Under the pieces are notes generated by a model. The model was not told the DNA's origin. It did not search any database and saw only the letters and a program-made list of their open reading frames with translations. The position numbers and the translations under genes were made by a program. Positions 1 to 12,620 of a stretch of DNA of 46,208 bases are shown piece after piece; the stretch's first letter is position 1, and every line of letters begins with the position of its first letter. This DNA comes from a virus: IMG/VR virus record IMGVR_UViG_3300028883_000069. One strand, written 5' to 3'.

Positions 1-127
1 CAGACAGTCAAAGGTGATATGGTAATCTCTGATGGAGATCTAACAATCTCTGGAGGTGAGGTAGCATTAACAAGTGATGCTAATGCAGCAGGTTTAGTAA
101 TTGTTAACAATACAGTTACAACTGCTA
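1..127. repeat. terminal overlap of the contig (identical copy at 46082..46208); circular closure, unit genome 46,081 bp
   Basis: Bases 1..127 (cagacagtcaaaggtgatatgg...acagttacaactgcta) recur exactly at 46082..46208 when compared base by base. Confidence 0.95.
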
Positions 128-1131
128 ACTCGTTAGTCGATGTTTCATCAACCAGTATAACAACTGGAGCATTAATGAGACTTAACGCAAACTGTGCAAG
201 CCACTCTGGTGAAGTATTGGAGGTAATCTCCGCAGCACCAGCAGCTGGAACAGCAACGGGTATTAGCGTAACTATGCCAGACATAACAACTGGTGCAGCA
301 ACAGGCATTAGCGTTGTAATGGCAAAAGCCACAACAACAGCTAAAGGTATATCCGTAACTATGGATAAGATTACCGCAGGTGATATGCTTTACTTAGATG
401 CAGGTGGAGGCACACTTAACGGTGGATTCTATATTAACTGTAATGACGACAATTCGTCAGACTTTACGGTTGGTAATGGTGGAGCCACTGTTATTACAGG
501 TGTCGCAGCAGGAACAGCAGCTTTAACAATCACAGCAGGTGACTTAGTTATTACTGACTCTGACGCTTCAACAATTAGTTCTGTAAACGGAACAACCTCA
601 TTACTTACACTTGATAACGAAGGTGGAGTAATAGGTAGTGACGCAGCAGTGCTAGATATAGACGCAGGTGGAGCAGTAGCCTCAGGAGGTAATCTCCTCA
701 GGGTTGCAGCGACTGGTACTCCAAATTCAGGCGCTATTGGTATGGAATTTGTAGGGGGCGGAAAAGACCTACAGGCTCTCTACATTGATGTAGACCCAAC
801 AGTAGCTTCCGCAGTACTATTCCACTCGCAGGGTGCTTTGGCAGCCGATAAGGCAACCTTAGAACTTGTAAGTGATGTAGCTTCTTGTGATGCAGACAGT
901 TCTGTATTAAGAGTAACTCAGGATTCGACCACTGGTGTGGCATTCTGTATGACACTTGTACAGGACGACGTTTCGGAGCCATTTATAAACTTCGAATGCA
1001 CAGCCGCTACAGGAAACTCAATTGATGAAACTAACGATACTGAAGGTACAGCCGTTGGATTCCTCAGAATAGCTGTTAATGGTACAGATAGGTATCTATC
1101 TTACTATGCAGCTCCAACAGTTGGTGGATAA
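1..1131 (+). CDS. C-terminal part of wrap-around Thr/Ser/Ala/Gly-rich beta-helix-like fibre protein (gene begins at 45080, about 710 aa in total)
   Basis: The frame of ORF 19..1131 is open from base 1. It is the frame of the ATG at 45080 once 46082..46208 is laid over 1..127. The sequence is repetitive and T/S/A/G-rich (GISVTM x3, LT..G.LT motifs). It lies directly downstream of the major capsid gene. Confidence 0.85.
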   Translation, partial: QTVKGDMVISDGDLTISGGEVALTSDANAAGLVIVNNTVTTANSLVDVSSTSITTGALMRLNANCASHSGEVLEVISAAPAAGTATGISVTMPDITTGAATGISVVMAKATTTAKGISVTMDKITAGDMLYLDAGGGTLNGGFYINCNDDNSSDFTVGNGGATVITGVAAGTAALTITAGDLVITDSDASTISSVNGTTSLLTLDNEGGVIGSDAAVLDIDAGGAVASGGNLLRVAATGTPNSGAIGMEFVGGGKDLQALYIDVDPTVASAVLFHSQGALAADKATLELVSDVASCDADSSVLRVTQDSTTGVAFCMTLVQDDVSEPFINFECTAATGNSIDETNDTEGTAVGFLRIAVNGTDRYLSYYAAPTVGG

Positions 1132-1207
1132 CATCTGTTGATAGGTTAAACGTTTTACGGGGGGAGAGGCTTATAGTCTTTCCCTCTGTAGGACAAAATG
1201 AAAATAC

Positions 1208-1215
1208 TGTATAAT
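1208..1215 (+). promoter_or_regulatory. TGTATAAT extended -10-like box (candidate -35-less late promoter)
   Basis: Intergenic, 33 nt upstream of ATG 1248. The same TGTAWAAT box sits in three other structural-module intergenic gaps (7217, 11653, 15744). No TTGACA-like -35 is present. Confidence 0.3.
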
Positions 1216-1247
1216 AAAAAGTTAAATAATTTATTACTTAAAGTAGT

Positions 1248-1568
1248 ATGAAAGTTAAATTATCTGTATTAGAGCGAATTACACTGCTCGGAATCCTTCC
1301 TTCAATGGAAAACTATGCGACAATAAAGGTCGTGTCAGACATACACTCAAAACTGGGTATAGACGACAAAGAGGCTAAGGCTATAGACTTCGTAGTTAAA
1401 GGAGAAAGAGTAGAATGGGACATAGCAAAAGCAAAGGATAAAGAGTTCGAGATAGGTGCTTTTGAGTCAGACATTATCAGACTCGCTCTAGAGAAATTAG
1501 ATAAAGAAAAGAAACTAGAACCACGACACATTTCCTTATGGGAGAAGTTTGTGGAAAGAAAAGAATGA
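1248..1568 (+). CDS. hypothetical protein (106 aa), translationally coupled to the downstream glycosyltransferase
   Basis: ORF in the operon. Its TGA stop overlaps ATG 1565 of the next gene (ATGA). Confidence 0.7.
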   Translation: MKVKLSVLERITLLGILPSMENYATIKVVSDIHSKLGIDDKEAKAIDFVVKGERVEWDIAKAKDKEFEIGAFESDIIRLALEKLDKEKKLEPRHISLWEKFVERKE

Positions 1569-3544
1569 AAGACTTCACAATAGCAGTCAGTATGATTGTT
1601 AAAAATGAAGAAGCTTTGTTAGCCCGTTGCTTAGAGTCGGTTAAAGACTTTGACGATATATACATATTAGACACGGGAAGTGAAGACAACACGGTAGAAA
1701 TTGCCAAGGAATACACTGAACACGTTTATACTGACTATAAATGGGAAGATTCTTTTTGTAAGGCTAGAAATCATATTCTTAAAAAGGTTCCTAAAAAACA
1801 CGAGTGGATACTCAGTATAGACGCTGACGAGTATTTGGTAAATACCTACGACCAAGTTAAAAGGGTCTTAGAACAGGCAGAGTCTAAAGTGGTTAATGTA
1901 AAACTTAAAGCCGAGAGTACAGGTGCTATACACAACTTCACAAGACTATTTAGAAACGACCCAGAGATTTTCTGGGTAAATGATATACATAACCTGCTTA
2001 ATAAAAACTCCAGAGAGTATAGTGATATAGAGATAGTTTATGGATACTCTCCAGCACACAAAAAAGACCCTGACAGAGCGTTAAGGATCTTGGAGAAGTC
2101 TGTAAAAGATAATCCTAAGAAAAGTAGAGAAAAGTATTACTTAGCAAGGGAATATTACTATCGCAAATGGTGGAGTAGAGCTATTGAAATGCTTGATGAT
2201 TATATAGCGTGTTCTAACTATTTAAGTGAAAAGAATGACGCTTGGCTTATGAGAGCAAAGTGCTTGGCCAAACTTAAAAGATATAACGATGCTTGCGACA
2301 GTGCTTGGCAGGCGATTAAGTACAATGCTAATTTCAAGGAGGCCCTTAGGTTTATTGGAGACCACATGGACTCTGGTAATAAGCCTGTGTGGTATAAATT
2401 TGCTGATATAGCTGATAATAGAAATGTCTTGTTTGTGAGGGATAAAAAGACACTTGCCCCTATGGACTTAAACCCAGATGGGTTGTTTTACTTTAGGAAT
2501 CTCTTAAAGCGGTTTGATAAAGCAGATGTTTTAGAGTGGGGAAGTGGAAGAAGTACAAAGTATTTTCCTGAGTTTTTACAAGAGAATAATATTGAGTATA
2601 CGTGGCACGCTATGGAGCACGATAAAGGCTGGTATGACCATGTTAAAGATTTTAATACTAAGGGGGTAGAACTTACCTTTGGGGATAAAGATTCAGACGA
2701 TTACCTTAAACCAGAGGGTAAGTATGACGTTATTTATGTGGACGGAAGAAATAGAGTTAAGTGCTTACAGTATGCCAAGGAAATACTAAAACCTGGCGGG
2801 TTTGTATTGCTCCATGATGCACAAAGAGAAAGGTATAAGGAAGGCTTTGAAGGATACGATTGGAGGTATATAGGGAATAGTCCACCTTTACTATGGGTCG
2901 GTCAGTTAGAAGAGATGGTAACCATACCAAGGATTATTCACCAGATGTGGGTGGGACCTAAGGAAAGACCAGGAACCATGGATTCCTGGAGGGATAAGAA
3001 CCCTGGATTTGAGTATATGTTATGGACAGAAAAGGAAATAGACGAGCTTGGGTTGGTTAATAAGAAGGCTTATGACACGTATATGAAAGACGAGTGGTAT
3101 TCTGGGGCTAGTAATGTTGCTAGGGTAGAGATTTTAAATAAGTATGGTGGAATATTTATTGATGCGGACACAAACTGTGTAACACCGTTAGAGAATGCTC
3201 CCTTTATGGCTTGGGATTTCTTTGCAAGTTATGCTGTGGACGGAGATAGTAGACTGGCTAACTCTCCCATAGGATGCACTCCTGGGCATAAGTATATAAA
3301 AGAGTTTATTAAAAGAATCAAGGAAGCCAAAGAGTTATATCCTTCACACAAGAAAACAGGACCAGCAGTATTGACCGAAATTGTTGACGACAAGAACAAA
3401 GTTTTACCTGCGTACGCCTTTTTACCGATATTTCACAGGGGGCATAAGAACAAGAGGATTGGGCTTAACTATAGTGAACATTATTGGGCGACTACGAACG
3501 ACATACGTTCTGGAGAGGTTGTAATTCCCCAAAATAAAATGTAA
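1565..3544 (+). CDS. four-module enzyme: GT2 glycosyltransferase - TPR-like spacer - class I SAM methyltransferase-like - GT32 (DXD sugar-binding) glycosyltransferase
   Basis: GT2 motifs ILDTGSEDNT and SIDADE. Helical YYLAREYYYRKWW region. Rossmann motifs LEWGSGRST, VIYVDGRNR, GGFVLLHD. GT32 motifs IIHQMWVG and NVARVEILNKYGGIFIDADT. The ORF track starts at 1538, but ATG 1565 forms an ATGA overlap with the upstream stop. Confidence 0.8.
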   Translation: MKDFTIAVSMIVKNEEALLARCLESVKDFDDIYILDTGSEDNTVEIAKEYTEHVYTDYKWEDSFCKARNHILKKVPKKHEWILSIDADEYLVNTYDQVKRVLEQAESKVVNVKLKAESTGAIHNFTRLFRNDPEIFWVNDIHNLLNKNSREYSDIEIVYGYSPAHKKDPDRALRILEKSVKDNPKKSREKYYLAREYYYRKWWSRAIEMLDDYIACSNYLSEKNDAWLMRAKCLAKLKRYNDACDSAWQAIKYNANFKEALRFIGDHMDSGNKPVWYKFADIADNRNVLFVRDKKTLAPMDLNPDGLFYFRNLLKRFDKADVLEWGSGRSTKYFPEFLQENNIEYTWHAMEHDKGWYDHVKDFNTKGVELTFGDKDSDDYLKPEGKYDVIYVDGRNRVKCLQYAKEILKPGGFVLLHDAQRERYKEGFEGYDWRYIGNSPPLLWVGQLEEMVTIPRIIHQMWVGPKERPGTMDSWRDKNPGFEYMLWTEKEIDELGLVNKKAYDTYMKDEWYSGASNVARVEILNKYGGIFIDADTNCVTPLENAPFMAWDFFASYAVDGDSRLANSPIGCTPGHKYIKEFIKRIKEAKELYPSHKKTGPAVLTEIVDDKNKVLPAYAFLPIFHRGHKNKRIGLNYSEHYWATTNDIRSGEVVIPQNKM

Positions 3545-3580
3545 TATGAAGTAGTACTTAAATTAAGTATTTAGGACGGT

Positions 3581-3913
3581 ATGAGTATAACACATAACTC
3601 AGATGGTAATGCGAAGCATAGTCCAATTTATTCCTGGGCCTCAGGAACAGTAACAGTAGCAGGTGCTGCAGCAGGAACGGACCTTACTGGGATTACAGGT
3701 TTTACAACCATTCTCAGTCAGTTTTCAGATGCTGGTAGGAAGCCAAGATATATTAAAGTATCGGCTTCTGCAACTTTGTACGTCAAGATCAATAGTGGGG
3801 ACACAATTACTGTAGGTTCCACTACGCCATTTGAGGCATTTGACTTAGAAGTTAACAGTATTACTGTTTCTTCTGGTGGCGCTGGTGTTACAACCACAGT
3901 GCACTTACAGTAA
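3581..3913 (+). CDS. hypothetical small beta-rich protein (110 aa), structural module
   Basis: ORF in the co-oriented operon with T/S/G/A-rich composition. Confidence 0.65.
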   Translation: MSITHNSDGNAKHSPIYSWASGTVTVAGAAAGTDLTGITGFTTILSQFSDAGRKPRYIKVSASATLYVKINSGDTITVGSTTPFEAFDLEVNSITVSSGGAGVTTTVHLQ

Positions 3914-3939
3914 GGTATTTTAAATTAGTTTTAATTAGT

Positions 3940-4449
3940 ATGACAGAAGCCGAAGTTAAAAGAGAGGAGGTCAGAAAACTAAATCTCAAAGTTGACGAGC
4001 TTAAAAAAGAAACAATCATCTTTCGTGAAGAGACTTCTAAAATGAAGGAAGAGTTTGAAGCGAATAAGGAAAAGTTAGAAAAGGCAGAAGAAGAGGCTAA
4101 GGCGAAGTTGGCTGTAGTGGAGGATTTAGTAAAGAAGGTCGGAGTTCAGCAAAGCGAGCTTGCTAAATATGAGGAAATGAGAAATAGTATTTCAGATGAG
4201 TATTCTAAGTTGTCTAAAGAGGTAAAGAGTCTTGAGGCAAAAAGAGATTCTCTTAAAAAAGAGTTGTCTGATTTACAGGGTAAAATAAATGCTTTAGAAG
4301 GAGAGTATAGGGAAGACCAGATTTCTTCAAAGGCATTATTGGATAGCCTAAAATCTTTTGAGAGTGAGCTGGAAATTAGAAAGGCTGAATTGGACAATAG
4401 AGAGAAGGTTTTAGATTTAAGAGAAAGAGGCATCCAAATAGACAACTAA
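3940..4449 (+). CDS. coiled-coil protein (169 aa, K/E-rich heptads)
   Basis: Continuous K/E/L-rich sequence typical of a coiled coil (KLNLKVDELKKE..., LEKAEEEAKAKL...). Confidence 0.7.
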   Translation: MTEAEVKREEVRKLNLKVDELKKETIIFREETSKMKEEFEANKEKLEKAEEEAKAKLAVVEDLVKKVGVQQSELAKYEEMRNSISDEYSKLSKEVKSLEAKRDSLKKELSDLQGKINALEGEYREDQISSKALLDSLKSFESELEIRKAELDNREKVLDLRERGIQIDN

Positions 4450-4466
4450 AATAAGTAATTTGGAGC

Positions 4467-4769
4467 ATGGCAGTAGTTGAGGACAAAATTATCAAAATTG
4501 TTGACGAATCTACGCACACTAGGGGTGCTAGTGTTGAGCAGGTTAGTACACAGGGAGCCTTGATAGTTAAAGATCTATCAGGACAAAGTGTGAGTAGTAT
4601 TCCAGGCTTAGGAGTTCCCCCGAGCGATTATATTGCGGTCACGTACCCAGACGGAGACACAGAGGTTTATACCTATAAGAGTGGTGGAGCTACTGGGGAC
4701 ACGGTTGCGACTATTACGTGTGTGTATACTGACGGTAATTTAACTTCAGTAACAAGGACAGACCCATAA
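4467..4769 (+). CDS. hypothetical protein (100 aa)
   Basis: ORF preceded by a GGAG-type RBS, in the operon. Confidence 0.65.
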   Translation: MAVVEDKIIKIVDESTHTRGASVEQVSTQGALIVKDLSGQSVSSIPGLGVPPSDYIAVTYPDGDTEVYTYKSGGATGDTVATITCVYTDGNLTSVTRTDP

Positions 4770-4770
4770 A

Positions 4771-5346
4771 ATGTTTAAGTTTAATCCACTTAGTGGCAAT
4801 TTAGATTATTATACAGAGACTGATATTTCAGGTAAGGCTGATTTTCTCGTAGATACAAAAACTAATATATTTGCAGAGAGCCCAGATGCAGGGACAATAG
4901 CGTTTTCAACAGATAATAGTAGGTTTTATATGTACGATGGAAGTGGGTGGCATGGTGCAAGAATAAGTTATGGAACGCCAAGTACAGGAGTTGATATGGG
5001 TGCTTTCCCTTATGAGGATGATTCTGGCTATGGAGATGTTAATTTAAGTAATAAAATACTACATAACATTATTGTCTCATATTTTGATGAATCTGCTATG
5101 GGAGTTACAGATGGTGCTATGCGATATTCTAGTGGGTTTTTACAGATATATGTTGATGGGAGTTGGTTAAATGTATACCCATTAAGTGCTTTTGAGTTTG
5201 AAGATAGAATGTTATGGAGTGATAGCTGGCAGGAGTATGATTATTACGGGAAGAATATAATTCATGGTAGTAAGGTAGACATGGGTGTTTTTGCTGGTGA
5301 CCATTTAATAGATGGGGGTTTAATTTCTGAACAGGTAGTAACATGA
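4771..5346 (+). CDS. hypothetical protein (191 aa), fibre module
   Basis: ORF starting 2 nt after the upstream stop. Confidence 0.65.
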   Translation: MFKFNPLSGNLDYYTETDISGKADFLVDTKTNIFAESPDAGTIAFSTDNSRFYMYDGSGWHGARISYGTPSTGVDMGAFPYEDDSGYGDVNLSNKILHNIIVSYFDESAMGVTDGAMRYSSGFLQIYVDGSWLNVYPLSAFEFEDRMLWSDSWQEYDYYGKNIIHGSKVDMGVFAGDHLIDGGLISEQVVT

Positions 5347-5633
5347 ACAAAATAGAGTATGAAGAAGGTAAGTTTTTAATTTATGATAACAACCCTTTAA
5401 AAGGTAGGGTTGTTGAGGAGGATAGAGTTAAGGAGGAGCAAACGTTTTTAGAAGGAGAGATTGAAGAGTTAGAAAAGATTTATAATGATGACAAGAAATT
5501 ATTGGAGTGGGCAAAAGATATGTATCCAATAGTTTCTGGGTTGGAAACCGTTAGGGAGAATAAGGAAAAGATTGACAAAGACTTGTCAGAAATAAGTTTA
5601 ATAAAGGAAGAAAATGTCAACATATTACGTTAG
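5343..5633 (+). CDS. hypothetical coiled-coil protein (96 aa)
   Basis: ATGA overlap with the upstream gene. E/K-rich sequence. Confidence 0.65.
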   Translation: MNKIEYEEGKFLIYDNNPLKGRVVEEDRVKEEQTFLEGEIEELEKIYNDDKKLLEWAKDMYPIVSGLETVRENKEKIDKDLSEISLIKEENVNILR

Positions 5634-6408
5634 AAAATCGGGCAACGATAGCAACGGTGGTACAGACCCAGACACAGATGCAAAATTAACCATAGCTAGT
5701 GCAGTAAGTGCTTCAAGTAATGATGACACTATTGATATAGGTGAGGGTACTTGGGAAGAAACAATTAACGCACAGAGGACATTTCTTGGTGTAAATATGG
5801 ACAAAACTATTTTAAGCTCTGCTCATACAAGTATAACTTGGAGTGGTTATACAATTGCTTTTCAAAATATTCGGCTCATATTAACAGGTGATTTGTCCGA
5901 GATGCTTCCAACAACTTTGTCCTTCATAAACAGTTTTATAGACTTTTCGGGAATAATAGATGCAAATATACTTTGGAGAATGGATGCCGCAGGAGAGACA
6001 TTAACTATGACTAATTCAATATTTTATGGTAGTGCTGTAGTAGAAGCAATTGTTCCACAGCTGCTGCGCCTTGGTGCAGCAAACACAGCAGTTGTTACAA
6101 ATTGTGTTTTTTATAGGTTTACTGATGCTAACTGGGTAAGAAACTCTGATGCTACAGTAAACGTAACCATGAAAAATTGCATCTTTTATAATGTTACTAG
6201 TTTTAAACCTGCTAATACTGCGGCTGAATGGACTTATGAAGATTATAATTGTTGGTATAGTAGTGGTGGTACTGTAAGCGAAACAGGGTTTTCTGGTGGA
6301 GAGTATGGTGAACACGACATTCTTGTAGACCCGTTGTTTGTAGATGCAGATGGGGGAGATTTCAGACTACAATCTAGTAGTCCGTGTATAGGTGCGGGAC
6401 ACGCTTAA
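5614..6408 (+). CDS. right-handed parallel beta-helix (pectate-lyase-fold) protein, possible depolymerase or tail spike accessory
   Basis: N-terminus YYVRKSGNDSNGGTDP...TIASAV...DDTIDIGEGTWEE and C-terminus DPLFVDADGGDFRLQSSSPCIGAG are hallmark ends of beta-helix repeat proteins. Confidence 0.7.
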   Translation: MSTYYVRKSGNDSNGGTDPDTDAKLTIASAVSASSNDDTIDIGEGTWEETINAQRTFLGVNMDKTILSSAHTSITWSGYTIAFQNIRLILTGDLSEMLPTTLSFINSFIDFSGIIDANILWRMDAAGETLTMTNSIFYGSAVVEAIVPQLLRLGAANTAVVTNCVFYRFTDANWVRNSDATVNVTMKNCIFYNVTSFKPANTAAEWTYEDYNCWYSSGGTVSETGFSGGEYGEHDILVDPLFVDADGGDFRLQSSSPCIGAGHA

Positions 6409-6424
6409 ATTGAGTAATTAGAAA

Positions 6425-7198
6425 ATGGGTGTAACAAAGGATGTAACAAGAATAATACTAAGAAGGGGTGACGATGACGATTTCACAAACGAAATTGCTG
6501 ATACTGGCATTACGCAGTATGAGGGAGAACCTAAGTGGAACACAGACGGAAAACAGTTGTATGTTTATGACGGGACTAACAATGTAAGAGTACCTACGGA
6601 GAACGCAGACAGCAAGGTAGATTTAACTAAGATAGAAATGCAGGATAGTACCCTACTTGAAACCCCAGTAACTGGCACTATTGAGTTTGATGATGATAGA
6701 CTTTATGTAACAAATGTAGGTACACAAAGATCAATAGATAGAACAAGTGATGTTGCTTTGTCATCCGTAGCTTGTGCCAATACTACTGACGAAACTACTA
6801 TGTGGACTGGAACTATTGGTGCTAACGACTTAAAAGTAGGTAATATTTTAAAAGTTACAGCACACGGGCAAATAAGTAACAACAGTAGTGCAGATGTCTT
6901 AACGCTCAAGTTTTACATAGGTGCTACAGAAATAGCTACTATAGATTCGCCAGGAAAGAACCTTGACGCCGATTGTTGGGCTGTTGAGTTTCATTCTACG
7001 GTTAGAAGTGTTGGTGAAAGCGGTGTTCTTGGAAGGTGGCTTAAAATGGAAATAGAAGACGATGCTAATGTAACCTGTGGTACGACAAGTGTAGACACAA
7101 CTGGAGCTTCTAATATAACGATAACAGCACAATGGAACAATGCTAAGGAAGATAACACTTTTGGGTTAGGTTTAGGTTGGTTAGAATTTAAAAACTAG
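6425..7198 (+). CDS. hypothetical tail-fibre-associated protein (257 aa)
   Basis: ORF directly upstream of the collagen-like fibre. It carries a fibre-like motif EGEPKWNTDGKQLYVYDG. Confidence 0.6.
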   Translation: MGVTKDVTRIILRRGDDDDFTNEIADTGITQYEGEPKWNTDGKQLYVYDGTNNVRVPTENADSKVDLTKIEMQDSTLLETPVTGTIEFDDDRLYVTNVGTQRSIDRTSDVALSSVACANTTDETTMWTGTIGANDLKVGNILKVTAHGQISNNSSADVLTLKFYIGATEIATIDSPGKNLDADCWAVEFHSTVRSVGESGVLGRWLKMEIEDDANVTCGTTSVDTTGASNITITAQWNNAKEDNTFGLGLGWLEFKN

Positions 7199-7216
7199 GC
7201 GAGATAATTTAAAAAA

Positions 7217-7224
7217 TGTATAAT
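7217..7224 (+). promoter_or_regulatory. TGTATAAT extended -10-like box (candidate late promoter of the collagen-like fibre gene)
   Basis: Lies in the 83-bp AT-rich gap upstream of ATG 7282. Same box as at 1208. Confidence 0.3.
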
Positions 7225-7275
7225 ATATAAATTAAGATTAGTATATTCCTCAAGCAGTAGACAGTAGGAAGTTGA

Positions 7276-10626
<3,351 letters not shown>

Positions 10627-10648
10627 GATAATTTAACTAAACAATAAA

Positions 10649-11293
10649 ATGGCATACCCAAACACAATCGACAGCTTAACAAATCCAACAAGTTCAGATA
10701 CTCTGGACAGTCCAAGTCATAGCGACCAGCATAGTGACGCAAATGATGCTATAGAAGCCTTAGAGGCTAAGGTAGGGGTGGACAGTAGTGCAGTAACAAG
10801 TTCTCACGATTATAAGATAGACGCTTTAGAAACAGATGTAGCGAGTATGGTCGAAACAGTTATAGGAACTATTTATCCTGTAGGGGCTATATATACCTCA
10901 ACCCTATCTACTAACCCAGAAACACTTTTTGGTTTTGGCACTTGGGAGGCATTTGGAGAGGGAAAAGTTCTTGTTGGGTTAGATAGCGAAGATGGAGACT
11001 TTGATGAAGTGGAAGAAACGGGTGGATCAAAGACAATTACACTAACTGAGGCCCAAATGCCAGAGCACACTCACGTACAAAATGCCCACGGTCACAGTTT
11101 TAATGTCTCAAGGGTAACGGCCTTTGCAGGAACAGGCTCAAACGAACCAACACAGTCCGCCACATCAGATAGGTCATGGCAGACCATTACAATTGCAAAT
11201 GCAACAGCAACAAACCAGAATACGGGGGGTGACGAGGCACACTCTAACCTACAACCTTACATCGTAGTATATATGTTTAAGAGAACAGCATAA
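10649..11293 (+). CDS. phage tail collar domain fibre protein
   Basis: Fibre-type N-terminus (PNTIDSLTNPTSSDTLDSPSHSDQHSDANDAIEALEAKVG) and tail-collar motifs (IYPVGAIYTS...FGFGTWE...GGSKTITLTEAQMPEHTH). Confidence 0.8.
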   Translation: MAYPNTIDSLTNPTSSDTLDSPSHSDQHSDANDAIEALEAKVGVDSSAVTSSHDYKIDALETDVASMVETVIGTIYPVGAIYTSTLSTNPETLFGFGTWEAFGEGKVLVGLDSEDGDFDEVEETGGSKTITLTEAQMPEHTHVQNAHGHSFNVSRVTAFAGTGSNEPTQSATSDRSWQTITIANATATNQNTGGDEAHSNLQPYIVVYMFKRTA

Positions 11294-11631
11294 TGGCAAC
11301 AGTAACAGACTTAACAGGAAGTTCAGAAACATTAACAGACGAAACCTCTGTTAGTAATGGCACAGACTCAAACATAAATGTTTACGAGTTTGGTAATTTA
11401 CTTTTGGCAGGTTTACTTTCAGCAATTTCTGGCTGGGGGTTAGGTGCTACCGAAGTTGTATCAGGCTCTATAAGTGCAAGTGACGTAGTAGGAGGAAGTG
11501 TTACGGAATCTGATAAGACTTTAAGTAACTCGGAGGTTTACGATTTCTCAGATTTTACTTATGACCGCTCAGGAGTTACTTATGATGGAATAAGGCTTAC
11601 TGGAGCTGTTACAGACGAGGATGGGTCGTAA
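11293..11631 (+). CDS. hypothetical protein (112 aa)
   Basis: TAATG overlap with the upstream gene. S/T/G-rich. Confidence 0.6.
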   Translation: MATVTDLTGSSETLTDETSVSNGTDSNINVYEFGNLLLAGLLSAISGWGLGATEVVSGSISASDVVGGSVTESDKTLSNSEVYDFSDFTYDRSGVTYDGIRLTGAVTDEDGS

Positions 11632-11652
11632 TTGGCAAAGCTGGTAAATAAA

Positions 11653-11660
11653 TGTAAAAT
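11653..11660 (+). promoter_or_regulatory. TGTAAAAT box within the shared 12-mer ATGTAAAATATA (candidate late promoter)
   Basis: The 12-mer ATGTAAAATATA is identical at 11652 and 15743. Both copies are intergenic and upstream of operon segments. Confidence 0.3.
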
Positions 11661-11687
11661 ATATACATAAATTAATATAACTATCCA

Positions 11688-12620
11688 ATGACATTTATAA
11701 ACATTAAGAACAGGATAGCTTCAAACATAGGATATGTAGATTCTTCGGGGGATATACTTGCCTCCAAAGACGTTACAGAAACAGATATAGGCAACTGGGT
11801 TAACGATAGATACATAGACGATTTGTTTTCTGCACTATCAACACAATACCCAGAGGACTACAAACAGGAGGGGAAACTCAATTTTTACAAGACTTCTGGC
11901 ACAGCCAGTTCAAGTTCTACCTCATCAACCTTAGTAGCCACGGGGAATATATTCAATAATGGTATGGTGGGTGATACAGTATACAATTCTACTGACGGAG
12001 CTACTGCAGAGGTTACAGCATACAGTTCAGCCACTACAGTTACAGTAGATACTGAGATTGATGACGATTGGGACGGAGACACTATTTATGTACTAGGACA
12101 CGAGTTTGGTTTAGGGGGCAATGCTACTGACGCGAGAAGTATTACGAGGGTTGCAGTTAAATATGACAGTGACGACGATTACTACACAACCTGTAGGCAA
12201 ATGACTAAGAACAAGGTTTATGAGGCGGGAAACGAGGTTTATTACGAGTCTGACCCAATATGGTATCCAACCACAGTAGACGTAAGTTCAACACCAACAA
12301 GTGCAATAGGAATACTACCAGAACCAAGTGAAGCAGTTTCAAGTGGTATTTTAATTGAGTATATAGAACAGCCTTCTTCTTTAAGCTCAGACAGTGACGT
12401 ACCAAGACTACCACTAGGTAGCCATAGTATTCTTGTCTGGGGAGGTACAGCAAGTGCAATGCGTAAACTTATGCGTCTTGACGAGGCAGACAGGTACGAG
12501 CAGTTATACCAGGCGAGTAAAAGAGAAATGATTGCTGAGTATGCACTAACAAGAGGTAGTGGAATACCAAGAGTAAGACCCCCACGAAGACTCAGAAGAA
12601 TGGTGGATAGAGATAAATGA
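11688..12620 (+). CDS. virion structural protein candidate (310 aa; adaptor/tail component?)
   Basis: ORF with a basic C-terminus (RVRPPRRLRRMVDRDK). ATGA coupling to the next gene. Confidence 0.65.
   Translation: MTFINIKNRIASNIGYVDSSGDILASKDVTETDIGNWVNDRYIDDLFSALSTQYPEDYKQEGKLNFYKTSGTASSSSTSSTLVATGNIFNNGMVGDTVYNSTDGATAEVTAYSSATTVTVDTEIDDDWDGDTIYVLGHEFGLGGNATDARSITRVAVKYDSDDDYYTTCRQMTKNKVYEAGNEVYYESDPIWYPTTVDVSSTPTSAIGILPEPSEAVSSGILIEYIEQPSSLSSDSDVPRLPLGSHSILVWGGTASAMRKLMRLDEADRYEQLYQASKREMIAEYALTRGSGIPRVRPPRRLRRMVDRDK

Noticed and set aside
10649-11293. Diversity-generating retroelement targeting a fibre C-terminus
   Set aside because: No reverse transcriptase ORF and no template/variable repeat pair could be found anywhere in the genome.
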